DNA from: Centroscyllium fabricii | Lineage: Eukaryota | DNA: 47,397 bases | Direction: 5' to 3' | NCBI GenBank assembly: GCA_051313645.2 | Contig: JBNRSN020000027.1 | Span: 54,932,001-54,979,397 of the forward strand | In this document: piece after piece, positions 10,315 to 20,582 of the stretch | Layout: every line of letters starts with the position of its first letter | How positions within the stretch are numbered: the stretch's first letter is position 1 | Made by a program: the position numbers and the translations under genes | The notes under the pieces: model-generated | What the model was told of the DNA's origin: nothing | Databases searched by the model: none | What the model saw: only the letters and a program-made list of their open reading frames with translations

Positions 10315-10359
10315 TTCTGTGAGAGTGCTTGGTGATGTCGTAAAGAGGCATAGAAGAAG
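10315..10359 (+). CDS. AKAP13: AKAP13-like coding exon A (45 nt, phase 2-2): SVRVLGDVVKRHRR
   Basis: Acceptor tttattttcag and donor AAG|gtaaaa. Resembles human AKAP13 SMRVLGDVVRRPPIHRR (recalled). Splices in frame to 20134 to give RRSYSLEGLT. Confidence 0.85.
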
Positions 10360-10619
10360 GTAAAAGATAAAGCAAAACTAATAGTTATTTTAACCCAAGA
10401 AAATGGATGTTAATGCTCTGTTTTCACACAAACTGAGTGTTTGGATGCACCTCCAGTAGATGTTTTTTTTCTATAAATGTTATTTCACTGAAGCCTGTTC
10501 AATGGCACTACTATTGGGACCGACCAAAAACTGACTCTTTAAATAGACTTCGTTCCTAACCAAAGTCTTGGAGCTGTGGGGGAAAAAAATGGGTGTTGCA
10601 GACAGGTGACTGTCAATTG

Positions 10620-10900
10620 GCCCCGTAGCCAAGGTTGTAGCATGTGACTGACCCACACAAACCAGGAAAGATCCCTTTTTTACATCCTTGCTCTGTGCGG
10701 AGTTAGTTGATCTCGGCCATGGCTACAGTTGAACTTGGCACGTTCCCGAGCGCTGATCCAGAGATCTCTCCTAGAAAGTGCGGGCGTGGATGTCTGGTGA
10801 GGCGGAATCAGGCCAGCATTCAGCGCCTAGGCTCCCATACGCTGGTCACTTGGGTGAGGGATTGACGAACTGCTCGTACCCATAGAACTACTGAGCGCCT
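10620..10900 (+). mobile_element. Old tRNA-derived SINE (AmnSINE2-like), degenerate
   Basis: ACCAGGAAAGATCCC...CTCTGTGCGGAGTTAGTTGATCTCGGCC. A related reverse copy lies at ~30230-30340. Confidence 0.4.
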
Positions 10901-11434
10901 TTCTGAGTCTTGAGGCCTGTGTTGCTGGCCCTCTGTTGTCCATCTCTTCCATGCTCGAGATGGGGAGTGCTGGGGGGTGGTGAGGGAGAGGAAGGGTCAG
11001 TCGCCTGATGAGCTCCAGGTTTCAGTGTTATAACAGTATGTGCCTGTGCCCGACACAGGGTTCATTAATCAAGAACAGGGCTATTCTTTGCAAGTGCTTT
11101 ACTAATCTTCCCAGCAGCAGTTGCTGGCGTTGCTTTTGTTCCCCAACTAATTACTGCCATGTTTTAAAACTTTGTGACAACTCCACTATTTAACAAAACA
11201 AAATTGGAACACACTTGAAGGAAGGAATGTGCAGCGACACAATGTGGTTCTTTTAGTTCCATGTTTACGTTTTGAAATACGCAAATCAGTCTTGTCACTA
11301 GGATTGCAGTCACGTGCGATGGTCAAGGTGTGAAATTTTCACGCTGGGCCCGCTTGAACTGTGGAAAATGCCCAGCAGTACAATTCTGGATCCTGCCTTC
11401 CAAACACTAAAGAAGTTGAGCCATGTAACACTAG

Positions 11435-12040
11435 AAAATGGGTGTGGTAGTGTAGTGGCTGTGGTACTGAACGAGCAACTCGGAGGTCATGAGTTCAAGT
11501 CCCACCACGATAAGTTCTGAAATTGAATTCAATAAATTTGATACAGGTTGAGCACCGGTAATCTGGCGCCCTCGGGACCAGGCCGGTGCCGGACCACTGA
11601 AAATTCCGAACCTCTGAAAGTTCGGGTAGAACGCGCGGGTAGAACACTCCCCGGGGCCCGGAGCGCGCGGGTAGAACACTCCCCGGGAGGCAGCCCGGGA
11701 ATAGAAGACTTACAAGCCTTAAAAAACAGAAACCCGAAGCCTTCGGCGCTCGCCCTCCCTTCGCAGGAAACGGTGGCGCTGCCGAGCGGCTGCTCCGCAA
11801 ACCGAAGACTGCCGGTTTCGATTCATGCCGGACCACTGAAGGTGCCGGACCATCGGGTGCCGGATTACCGGTGCTCAACCTGTATTACCAAATCTGGTAA
11901 ATTTGTGGGTTAAAAATATGACCATTTATTAATAGGGAAGGAAACCTGGCCTGACCTACAAGTGGCTCCAGTCTCAGACTCTGAAGTGGACGAGTCACTC
12001 AGCTGTCAGGGCAGCTTGGCGTAGGTTATAAATTCCAATG
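11435..12040 (+). mobile_element. Old tRNA-derived SINE split by a MITE
   Basis: B-box-like GAGTTCAAGTCCC, then AATTGAATTCAATAAAT. A related reverse fragment lies at ~29690-29850. Confidence 0.45.
11544..11882. mobile_element. Tigger/pogo-like MITE, family A
   Basis: TA|CAGGTTGAGCACCGGTAATC...GATTACCGGTGCTCAACCTG|TA, with internal GGTAGAACACTCCCC repeats. Confidence 0.9.
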
Positions 12041-12062
12041 TCTGCCTTATACAGAGAACACT

Positions 12063-12387
12063 GGGACAAAATTCTGTTGCTTTGTGCCTCTCGTTAGCAC
12101 CCTAAGGAGGCGCAAAACAACTAGCGCCCAGGCGCGGCGCCGCTAACGCTTCCCAAGAAATTAAGCGGGAGGTTAGCAGTGGTGGTAGCGCCCATCATCG
12201 CCGTGTGCAATGCCCCGCTTGCGCCCCCTGACGTACCACCGGATGCGGCGATATTTAAAGGGGAGGTGCCGGGCGGCCATCTTATTTGCTGGCCGCTGGC
12301 AGCACCTGCCTTCTTTGCCCTCTTCCTGCGGGGTTCCGGCCACGTTCGGGCAGCTTGGCACTCATCTTGAGTGCCGGGCTCTCTTGC
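12063..12387. mobile_element. GC-rich Harbinger-like MITE, left part (same family as 27857-28488 and 42143-42550)
   Basis: GGGACAAAATTCTGTTGCTTTGTGCCTC.. matches the start of the 27857 element. Truncated by a Rex1-like insertion. Confidence 0.6.
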
Positions 12388-13240
12388 CGTGAGGGTCGTG
12401 AGGACGGCTGAAAAGATCATCGGGTGTGCACTTCCATCCATCGAGGAGATCTTCCAGACCAGGTGTCGGAACAAGGCCCACTCCATCATCCAGGACCTCA
12501 ATCACCCTGGGCACGATCTGTTCTCCCTCCTGCGGTCCGGCCGTCGGTACTGCAGCATCCGAACCAGGACCAGCAGGTTCAAAAACAGTTTCTACCCACA
12601 GGCTACTGAACTGCTAATCACACTTGTTTGCTTATTTGTTTATTTGCTTATTATTTTTTATATTTATACTTGTTTTTACTTTTGCCTTTTATATTTATGC
12701 TTATACAGGTTGAGCACCATTAATCCGTTACCCGAAAAACCGTCAACTTCGAACGTCTGGCAATAATTTCCCCGACTACCCCGCGCATGCGCAGAATGGC
12801 CGCCGCGATTGAAGCTTTGGCGAATGATCTGCGCATGCGCAGATCATTCAAAATGGTCTCTCTGAGCCGATGGCCGGGCCGGGACTCCCCTAACGCGGGC
12901 TGGGCCGGGATTCCCCGAACGCGGGCCGGGCTGGGACTCCCCGAACGCGGGCCGGGCCGGGATTCCCCGAAGGATGCTGGGCCGGGACTCCCCGAACGTT
13001 AAGTGCATGCGCAGACCACTCAAAATGGCCGCTGGCCTTTCGCGGTAGCCATTTTGAATGGTCTGCGCATGCGCTCGCCGAAGTTTCAGTCGTTCTGGAT
13101 TTTGACTTCCCCGGCATGGCCCTGGTCCCGCCCGTGCCAGATTAACGGTGCTCAACCTGTATTGTGGGAGTGAGTGGGGAGTAGGCATTCCATTGTACCA
13201 GTCACATATGGCAATAAAATAATCTTGAATCTTATTTGAA
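12388..13240 (+). mobile_element. Rex1/Babar-type LINE 3' fragment (MITE inserted in its 3' UTR)
   Basis: RT C-terminus VVRTAEKIIG..HPGHDLFSLLRSGRRYCSIRTRTSRFKNSFYPQA, ending GCAATAAA + TCTTGAATCTT. Confidence 0.85.
12706..13159. mobile_element. Tigger/pogo-like MITE, family B
   Basis: TA|CAGGTTGAGCACC...GGTGCTCAACCTG|TA, with internal GCGCATGCGC and AAAATGGCC motifs. Confidence 0.9.
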
Positions 13241-13405
13241 AACTGGAAAAGCCATTAAAATTATTTTTCATGTGACCTCAGAGCTTGAACCCAGCTTGGT
13301 GTCCTTGCATCGAGCCTTTTGCTGACACTCTCTGGATACACTTCTCATCTCTTTGCTCTGTCATTATTTCCTTCCTCATTCTCCTCCTTTCTCCCCTTAC
13401 TCCTA

Positions 13406-13640
13406 CATAGATACATAGATACATAGATGATAGGAGCAGGAGTAGGCCATTCGGCCCTTCGAGCCTGCTCCGCCATTCAATGAGATCATGGCTGATCCTT
13501 CAGTTCAGTATCCCGTCCCTGCCTTCTCTCCGTAACCTTTAACCCCTTTTGCCTGCAGAAATATATCTAATTCCCTCTTAAATATGTTTAATGAGCTGGC
13601 GTCCACTGCCCTCTGTGGCAGTGAGTTCCACAGGTTCACC
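13406..13640 (-). mobile_element. CR1 3' fragment with 7-bp target-site duplication ACTCCTA
   Basis: (CATAGATA)n tail plus CR1 3' end. ACTCCTA occurs at 13399-13405 and 13641-13647. Confidence 0.9.
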
Positions 13641-13648
13641 ACTCCTAG

Positions 13649-13711
13649 TATGAGTTGGTGTCCCTTTGAGAATCAGTTCCTTTCCATGGTGTCTGACATT
13701 AATCACAGAAG
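13649..13711 (+). CDS. AKAP13: AKAP13-like alternative exon B (63 nt, phase 2-2): SMSWCPFENQFLSMVSDINHR
   Basis: ctcctag|T ATG AGT TGG TGT CCC ... AGA AG|gtacgg. Resembles the human AKAP13 alternative exon MSWCPSGVQ...DFNYR (recalled). Same phases as exon A. Confidence 0.8.
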
Positions 13712-14107
13712 GTACGGATCATTACAGGCGCTGACGGAAGATCAGATGGTTTCACATCTGTGTTTTCAGTTTGAAGGTGAAAGGGGGGGAAATTGAGCAT
13801 CTTAAGCTGACAATAACTCGCATAAATAAAAAGGAAAAAAAATAATGCTGGAACTCTGAAGTAAAAACGGAACATTCTGGAAATACACCACAGATCTGCC
13901 ACCACCTGAAAAGAGCAAAGAAAAGTATTTCCTTGATTGGATTGAAGTAGGTTTTACACACACAATGACATCTGGCAGAAAGAACTCATTTCAGTTATTT
14001 ATAGCTTCTGGCTTTCGCTGAATTTGTGTGGCGGGGGGTAAAATTACTAAATACATTCCCCAAGAATAGTGTGGTGGGATTTGCAGGGCCAGTACAGATG
14101 AACATGC

Positions 14108-14330
14108 GTAAGAAGTCACACAACACCAGGTTATAGTCCAACAGTTTTATTTGAAATCACAAGCTTTCGGAGCGTTGCTCCTTCATCAGGTGTACTAGAG
14201 ATGCACATAGGCACAGCATACATAGTCGGAGAACAATGTAGTCTTTCCAACTGCCCTACATCACACCTCGGCAGAGAGACATTCATAGCAATTAAAGGTG
14301 TGACTGGTGTTTAAACAGATCAGATGAACA
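14108..14330 (-). mobile_element. Penelope-like element terminal fragment with hammerhead-like core
   Basis: Minus strand reads CTGATGAAGGAGCAACGCTCCGAAAGCTTGTGATTTCAAATAAA..CCTGGTGTTGTGTGACTTCTTAC. Same family at 44830 and 45582. Confidence 0.7.
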
Positions 14331-14632
14331 TACAATGGAGCTCTCTGGACCACTTTGAACCTAAAAAGGATAGAACCGGATATTTTCTAAATTGTGAAAA
14401 GTTAAAAACAGTGGAGGTCCAAAGAGACTCGGGGGTCCAGGTACATAGATCATTAAAATGTCACGAACAGGTACAGAAAATAATCAAAAAGGCTAACGGA
14501 ATGCTGGCCTTTATATCCAGAGGACTAGAGTACAAGGGGGGAGAAGTTATGCTGCAGCTGTACAAAACCCTGGTTAGACCACACCTGGAGCACTGGGAGC
14601 AGTTCTGGGCACCACACCTTAGGAAGGATATA

Positions 14633-15436
14633 CAGGTACACAATCCTTTATCCGCTACTCCGAAAACCTCCAAAAAACGAAATTACAAATAGAAACATAG
14701 AAACTAGGAGCAGGAGTAGGCCATTCGGCCCTTCGAGCCTGCTCCGCCATTCAATGAGATCATGGCTGATCATCCAAACCCAGCACCCCACCCCTGCCCT
14801 CTCCCCACATCCCTCGATCCCTATCGAGCCTCCATCAACACATATCCCACCCTATCCCCGCAACCCCACATATCCAATCCCCCTAACACTAAGGGTCAAT
14901 TTATCCTGGCCAATCAACCTAACCCGCACATCTTTGGACTGTGGGAGGAAACCGGAGCACCCGGAGGAAACCCACGCAGACACGGGGAGAATGTGCAAAC
15001 TCCACACAGATAGTCACCCGAGGCTGGATTTGAACCCGGGTCTCCAGTGCTGTGAGACAGCAGTGCTAACCACTGTGCCACCGTGCCGGGTCATATTTCG
15101 CGCGCAAATGACCCGAGTTGCGCGCGAAATATGACCCGGCGCTCCGGCCACACAGGCCCCGATGGCCCCCGATGCTCCCGGCATCCGACGGCCCCGATGC
15201 TCCCGGCACCCGATGGCCCCGATGCACCCGACCGCTGATCTCTGATATTTTTACAAATAAACTTTACTAGAGTACTTATAAACTGTTTATAGTCTTTATT
15301 TATCCCACTTTTTGTGAATATTCACAAGGTTCATGCAGAAATATTAATGTTAATGCGACCATTCCGAAAACCAAAAATATCCGAAATCCGATAACCGTCC
15401 GGTCCCAATGTTTTCGGTTGAAGGATTGTGTACCTG
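14633..15436. mobile_element. Tigger4-like MITE containing an HE1 SINE
   Basis: TA|CAGGTACACAATCCTTTATCCG...CGGTTGAAGGATTGTGTACCTG, with TCCGAAA motifs. Confidence 0.8.
14691..15088 (-). mobile_element. HE1-type V-SINE, full length
   Basis: A/B boxes, V-domain and CR1 tail on the minus strand. Confidence 0.92.
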
Positions 15437-17109
15437 TTTTGGCCTTGGAGGGAGTGCAGCGTAGGTTTACCAGAATGATACCCGGACTCCAAGGGTTAAA
15501 TTACGAGGAGAGATTACACAAAATTGGGTTGTGTTCCCTAGAATTTAGAAGGTTAAAGGTTGATCTGATCGAAGGTTTCAGGATATTAAGGGGAACAGAC
15601 AGGGTCGATCGAGAGAAACTATTTCCGCTGGTTGGGGATTCTAGGACTCGGGGCAGAGTCTAAAAATTAGAGCCAGACCTTTCAGGAGTAAAATTAGGAA
15701 ACACTTCGACACACAAAGGGTGCTAGAAGTTTGGAACTCTCCTCCGCAAACAGCAATTGATGCTGGATCAATTATTAATTTCAAATCTGAGGTTGATAGA
15801 TTTTTGTTAACCAAAGGTATTATAAGACGGGTATATGGAGTTAGGTTGCAGATCAGCCATGATTTCATGGAATTTCGGAGCAGGCTCGAGGGGCTCAATG
15901 GCCTACTCTTGTTCCTATGCTCCCATGAAGCTGATTTCCTGTTCTCTTCATGAGGAAGATGGTTCCTGGCAGCAGGGGCTCTTCCTGTGGGGAGAGGCGT
16001 CTCCAGCGGGCTGCTCATGAGCGGTGCCTGGTGGCCAGCTACCAGTATTGCTGGTGACCGCAGCTACCGTGAGGGGTGTTCAGATGATGCGCGAAGAAAG
16101 AAAGATGTGTATCTGCCCTCACTGGACGATACCTTATCCCACCTATCTTCCCCCCGCCCCTCCCCAACACAAAAGAAGCAAAATTGTCCATGAGAATTTG
16201 TAAAGAACAAAAACTGAAAAAACAGATGTATAATCTTCTGGAAGTTTAGTACCAAACCTAATAAGTTGCTTAATGACACAATTGGTTAAGAGTGTCTGTC
16301 TGCACTGGCTGCCGTCACTTCAGTGTCGAAGCCCTGCACCTTCCAGCAGCAGCCCTGGTAGCGGTATTGTGGGGGTGGGGAGATTGGCAATGCCATTTGC
16401 CCAGAATGGGACCGATGTGCAGGATCTTTAACTGCTTTGTACTGAGAGAACTTTTTGTGCCCCTGCGCCTCGGATGCTTGCTGCTCCGTAGCCACGCCGT
16501 CAACCTGCACGTTTTTGCGACTGTGCTAAAAATGTATGTTTTGTCTTCCCTTGTAGGTTTTGGCTTTTTGTGCGCACTTTCTCTGGTTGTAAATTTGACG
16601 TATGTCTGTCTGTCTGCCCGTTGGTGGAGCATGATGCTCGTGGTCATACTTGAATGCACGAGAGCTGGTTTTTGATGCTGCCCCGATTCTGAAAGCCTTT
16701 TTGCATGCTGAGAACATTTGTGTTAACTGTGCTTTTGTTTTTGAAATTGTTGAGTTGCTCTGTAATTGGTCTGGTCTCAGGACAGTGACACCAATCTTGC
16801 TGCTAATTGCTGCCCTGCACTTTTCCCACGCACAGGCGAAGTCAAATATTTCTTTTCTAAATCATTTATATAAAGATTACTATTTCTCTCCTCCGCCCTC
16901 CTTGCCAAAAGAAACACAATTTTCCACAACACCAGCGGAGTGCCAGAAATAGGCAGCAGGTCAGTTGGCATCTGGGAACTGGCAAGATCAGTTAACGTGT
17001 CGGTGTGCAAATATCGTACCCGAGCTTCGTCAATGCCAAATATCCATTGATGGCATCAGCAGTATTTCTGTATCAGGAGACAACATCTAACCAGGTTTAG
17101 TGTTTCTGT

Positions 17110-17330
17110 AATAACAACAGAAAACACTGGAAAAACTCAGCAGGCCAGGCAACATCTGTGGAGAGAGAAATAGCGTCAACGTTTCAGGTCGAAACCCTTC
17201 ATCAGAACTGAGAAAAAAAAGGCAGGAAATGAAACGGATTAAAAGGCCAGTTTGGGGGCTGGGAAATGGGGGAGGGGAGGAAAGGACAAAAGGGAAGTGA
17301 AGAGACATTAAGAAATATTCAAGGCGAGAC
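17110..17330 (-). mobile_element. Penelope-like terminal fragment, second family, with hammerhead-like core
   Basis: Minus strand reads CTGATGAAGGGTTTCGACCTGAAACGTTGAC...CAGATGTTGCCTGGCCTGCTGAG. Confidence 0.7.
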
Positions 17331-17352
17331 GAGATGGTGACAGGACAGGTAA

Positions 17353-17797
17353 AGGTTAGGTGAATTGGAGATACAAAAAAAAAATTGCCCATGAGTAACA
17401 TAGAAACATAGAAGATAGGAGCAGGAGTAGGCCATTCGGCCCTTCGAGCCTGCTCCGCCATTTAATGAGATCATGGCTGATCATCCAAACCCAGTACCCC
17501 ATCCCTGCCCTGTCCCCATATCCCTCGATCCCTATCGAACCTGCACTGACACACATCCCACCCTATCCCCGTAACCCCACATATTCAATCCCCCTAACAC
17601 TAAGGGTCAATTTATCCTGGCCAATCAACCTAACCCGTACATCTTTGGAGTATGCGCGTGAGATATAGTTCTTAGAGTTGGGGGTGCCGGGGGAGGGGGT
17701 GGTGGGTGCTGGGTTTGGATGATCAGCCATGATCTCATCAAAATGGCGGAGCAGGCTCGAATGGCCGACTCCTGCTCCTATCTTCTGTGTTTCTGTG
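17353..17797. mobile_element. Nested SINEs: + strand subfamily-2 fragment interrupted by a - strand truncated HE1 (17398-17648)
   Basis: CCATGAGTA | insertion | GAGTATG.., with GAGTA duplicated. Confidence 0.8.
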
Positions 17798-17949
17798 TAA
17801 AGAAACAAACACTGGCTCTCGATGAAGTGTGAAATGCGCTGGCAGAGTGAGAGACAGCTGCCTTGTGGGAGAGAGAAAAAAAGTAAAAGGCACAAACCAA
17901 AGGTGTGCATATAAAATTATATAAAAATATAATGGTGTTTCTGTGTTGG

Positions 17950-18380
17950 TCGCGAAAGATCCTTGACCAACTGAATGCTTGTTCATTCCTCAAGCTCTCT
18001 TACTCTAGTGCTCTCCTTCCCAGCCTCCACAAATTACAACTCTCCCGCAATACTGCGGCCTGCACCCTCGCCCACACTTACGCCCTCCCATCCTCGCCAA
18101 CTTCTGCGGGGTTACCATGCTGAGGGAATTGACTTTTAAAATCCTTCTCCTTGCCTTCAACTATTTCTCCTGCCTCAGCGATGTCCAGCCGCGTGTACCC
18201 TGCCTGTTAACCTGTGCTCATCCAATGCCAGCTGACCTCTCGTTGCTGCTTCACCGTCAGTCACCACTTCCTCAACCTCTGTGGCCATGGCCTCAGAAAT
18301 TTCGTCTCTCCCCACCGCATCATTGTCAGCTTCATCCCTGATTTTAATGCCCTCTGAAAGACCATTCTCTTTGACTTGCT
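17950..18380 (+). mobile_element. Degenerate L2-type LINE 3' fragment
   Basis: Remnant peptides YSSALL..LHKLQLSRNTAA..TFKILLL. Confidence 0.55.
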
Positions 18381-18990
18381 TCCAACCTCCACTTCCCTAG
18401 TTCCTTTCTTCATACTGCTTGTATCAATAACCTTTTATCTCCTGTCCTGAGATGTGTCTCTGTATATGCAAGTTGTTGAAAAGGCGGCATTGGCCCAGAA
18501 ATTTGGGTCGAAGGCTTCCCGAGGGTGCAAGCCTCCAACCTGCACTTGCCTTGCGCGCCGGCCGTTGAGCTGTGGGCCCGCGTGGAATTCCGTTCCTGGC
18601 CTGCCTCCAGCTGCCGGCGCGCAGTGCTTGCGTATCCCAGGGGGTGCAGTTAGTTCGATGCGTCCCCTGAGATCACGTGGGCCATGAAGAGCCAATCGGA
18701 ACAGGGAATGCTTCATAAGTTTGACAGGAAGTGCTGTCAAAACTATGAATACTATAAGCCCCAAAACATCACTAAAACTTCAAATAAAAAATTTAAAACA
18801 TCACATTTTTAAAATAACTATTTTAAAAAATAATTTAAATTTTTGAAAAAAGTTATATTTTCTAACAGGGCTAAAATTAAACTTACCTTTCTTTAAAGTA
18901 TTTAAAATTAATAAACCTGTGGAAAAAATGTTTTAATTTGAATTAATTCACCACTTACCTTGTTAATAGCAGGCCTTGCGTCTGCTTGTT

Positions 18991-19400
18991 ATAGAAACAT
19001 AGAAACATAGAAGATAGGAGCAGGAGTCGGCCATTCGGCCCTTCGAGCCTGCTCCGCCATTCAATGAGATCATGGCTGATCATCCAAACCCAGCACCCTG
19101 TCCCTGCCTTCTCCCCATATCCCTCGATCCCTATCGAGCCTGCATCGACACATATCCCACCCTATCCCCGCAACCCCACATATTTAATCGCCCTAACACT
19201 AAGGGTCAATTTATCCTGGCCAATCAACCTAACCCGCACATCTTTGGACTGTGGGAGGAAACCGGAGCACCCGGAGGAAACCCACGCAGACACGGGGAGA
19301 ATGTGCAAACTCCGCACAGATAGTACCCGAGGCTGGATTTGAACCCGGGTCTCCAGTGCCGTGAGGCAACAGTGCTAACCACTGTGCCACCGTGCCGCCC
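18991..19400 (-). mobile_element. HE1-type V-SINE, full length
   Basis: A/B boxes, V-domain, (CATAGAAA)n tail. Confidence 0.92.
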
Positions 19401-19621
19401 ATGTCTAAAATCTGCAGACCTACCCGCACGGAAAAAGCTGTAAAAAAAAAAAATTAAGTGCAATGCGCACGCGCTGCTGCTCCCGCGCATGCACGCCACC
19501 TCTTAACCCCATTGTTCAGGGGAACGGAAGTTCCGGTTTCCTGTGCATGCACGAAACCGGCACTTTCGTGGGGCCTACGGGTGAGTACTCGGCGCGTACT
19601 CACCCATGGAGACCCGGATTT

Positions 19622-19937
19622 CATAGAATCATAGAATCTCTACATTGCAGATAGAGGCCATTTCGGCCCATCGCGCCTGCACCGACACATATCCCACCCC
19701 AACCCCGTAACCCCACATATTCAATCCCCCTAACACTAAGGGTCAATTTATCCTGGCCAATCAACCTAACCCGCACATCTTTGGACTGTGGGAGGAAACC
19801 GGAGCACCCGGAGGAAACCCACGCAGACACGGGGAGAATGTGCAAACTCCACACAGATAGTCACCCAAGGCCGGATTTGAACCCGGGTCTCCAGTACTGT
19901 GAGGCAACAGTGCTAACCACTATGCCACCGTGCGCCC
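19622..19937 (-). mobile_element. HE1-type V-SINE with an alternative 3' tail
   Basis: Head and V-domain as in other copies, but the tail reads CATAGAATCTCTACATTGCAGATAGAGGCCATTTCGGCCCATCG. Confidence 0.88.
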
Positions 19938-20133
19938 ATCTGGACCATTATTGCCCCATCCTGCATCGTTAACTATGCGCAGAAAATAATTCCTGCACTT
20001 TCACTGTGGGTTGATGGAAAGTTTGCGATGGAAATACTCGGTGAGGATTACCTTTTGTATTTGTTGCAAGTGACTTTCCAAAATGTTGCGACAATTACTG
20101 CCTGACTTGAATATGTCCTGTGTGCGCATTCAG

Positions 20134-20329
20134 TTACAGCCTGGAAGGACTGACAGCTGGCAACGAGGTGACCAAGGAGCCGTCGCACACCGTGGAGGCT
20201 GCCTTGCGGAACTACCGCGACCCTCGCCGAACTCCGATGGTCAGCGCCGATGAGCGTGGATCGCTAGTCTCACTGACCGAGGAGGAGATGGAGTCGGACC
20301 ACAGCGAGGGCAGCGTATTTGAAAAGACG
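20134..20329 (+). CDS. AKAP13: AKAP13-like coding exon (196 nt, phase 2-0): YSLEGLT...ERGSLVSLTEEEMESDHSEGSVFEKT
   Basis: attcag|T TAC AGC ... ACG|gtaaag. Resembles human AKAP13 FSLEGLT...DSLVSLSEEDLESD (recalled). Confidence 0.9.
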
Positions 20330-20582
20330 GTAAAGTGGCTTCTGATGCTATTGTCTGGTGACCACGACCAAAGCTGTTCAATTTTTGTGTGTTTTTATTT
20401 TATTGAAATTAAGACGCAGGTGAAAGGTCAAGGCCCGTCGAGCAGAATGAGAGCTGAGCTAAACCAAGAAACACTGATGAAAGCCCAGAAGCGACTGTAC
20501 AATAACTGTACATGTGCGCTCAAGACAAAAGAAAGGTCTTTCATTTGTACGCGCATGCTTCACAGTCTCAGGACGTCCTGCA

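Larger units (their letters stand above)
14350..15925 (+). mobile_element. CR1 RT/3' fragment interrupted by a MITE (14633-15436)
   Basis: KANGMLAFI..LVRPHLEH..LRKDI | LALEGVQRRFTRMIPG..WNS.., then a CR1 tail. Confidence 0.9.
18492..19946. mobile_element. Harbinger-like MITE (GGCCCAGAAAT ends) carrying two SINE insertions
   Basis: Left end ATT|GGCCCAGAAATT. Right end GGATTT|SINE|CTGGACC|ATT. AT-rich core like 34387 and 38386. Confidence 0.65.
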
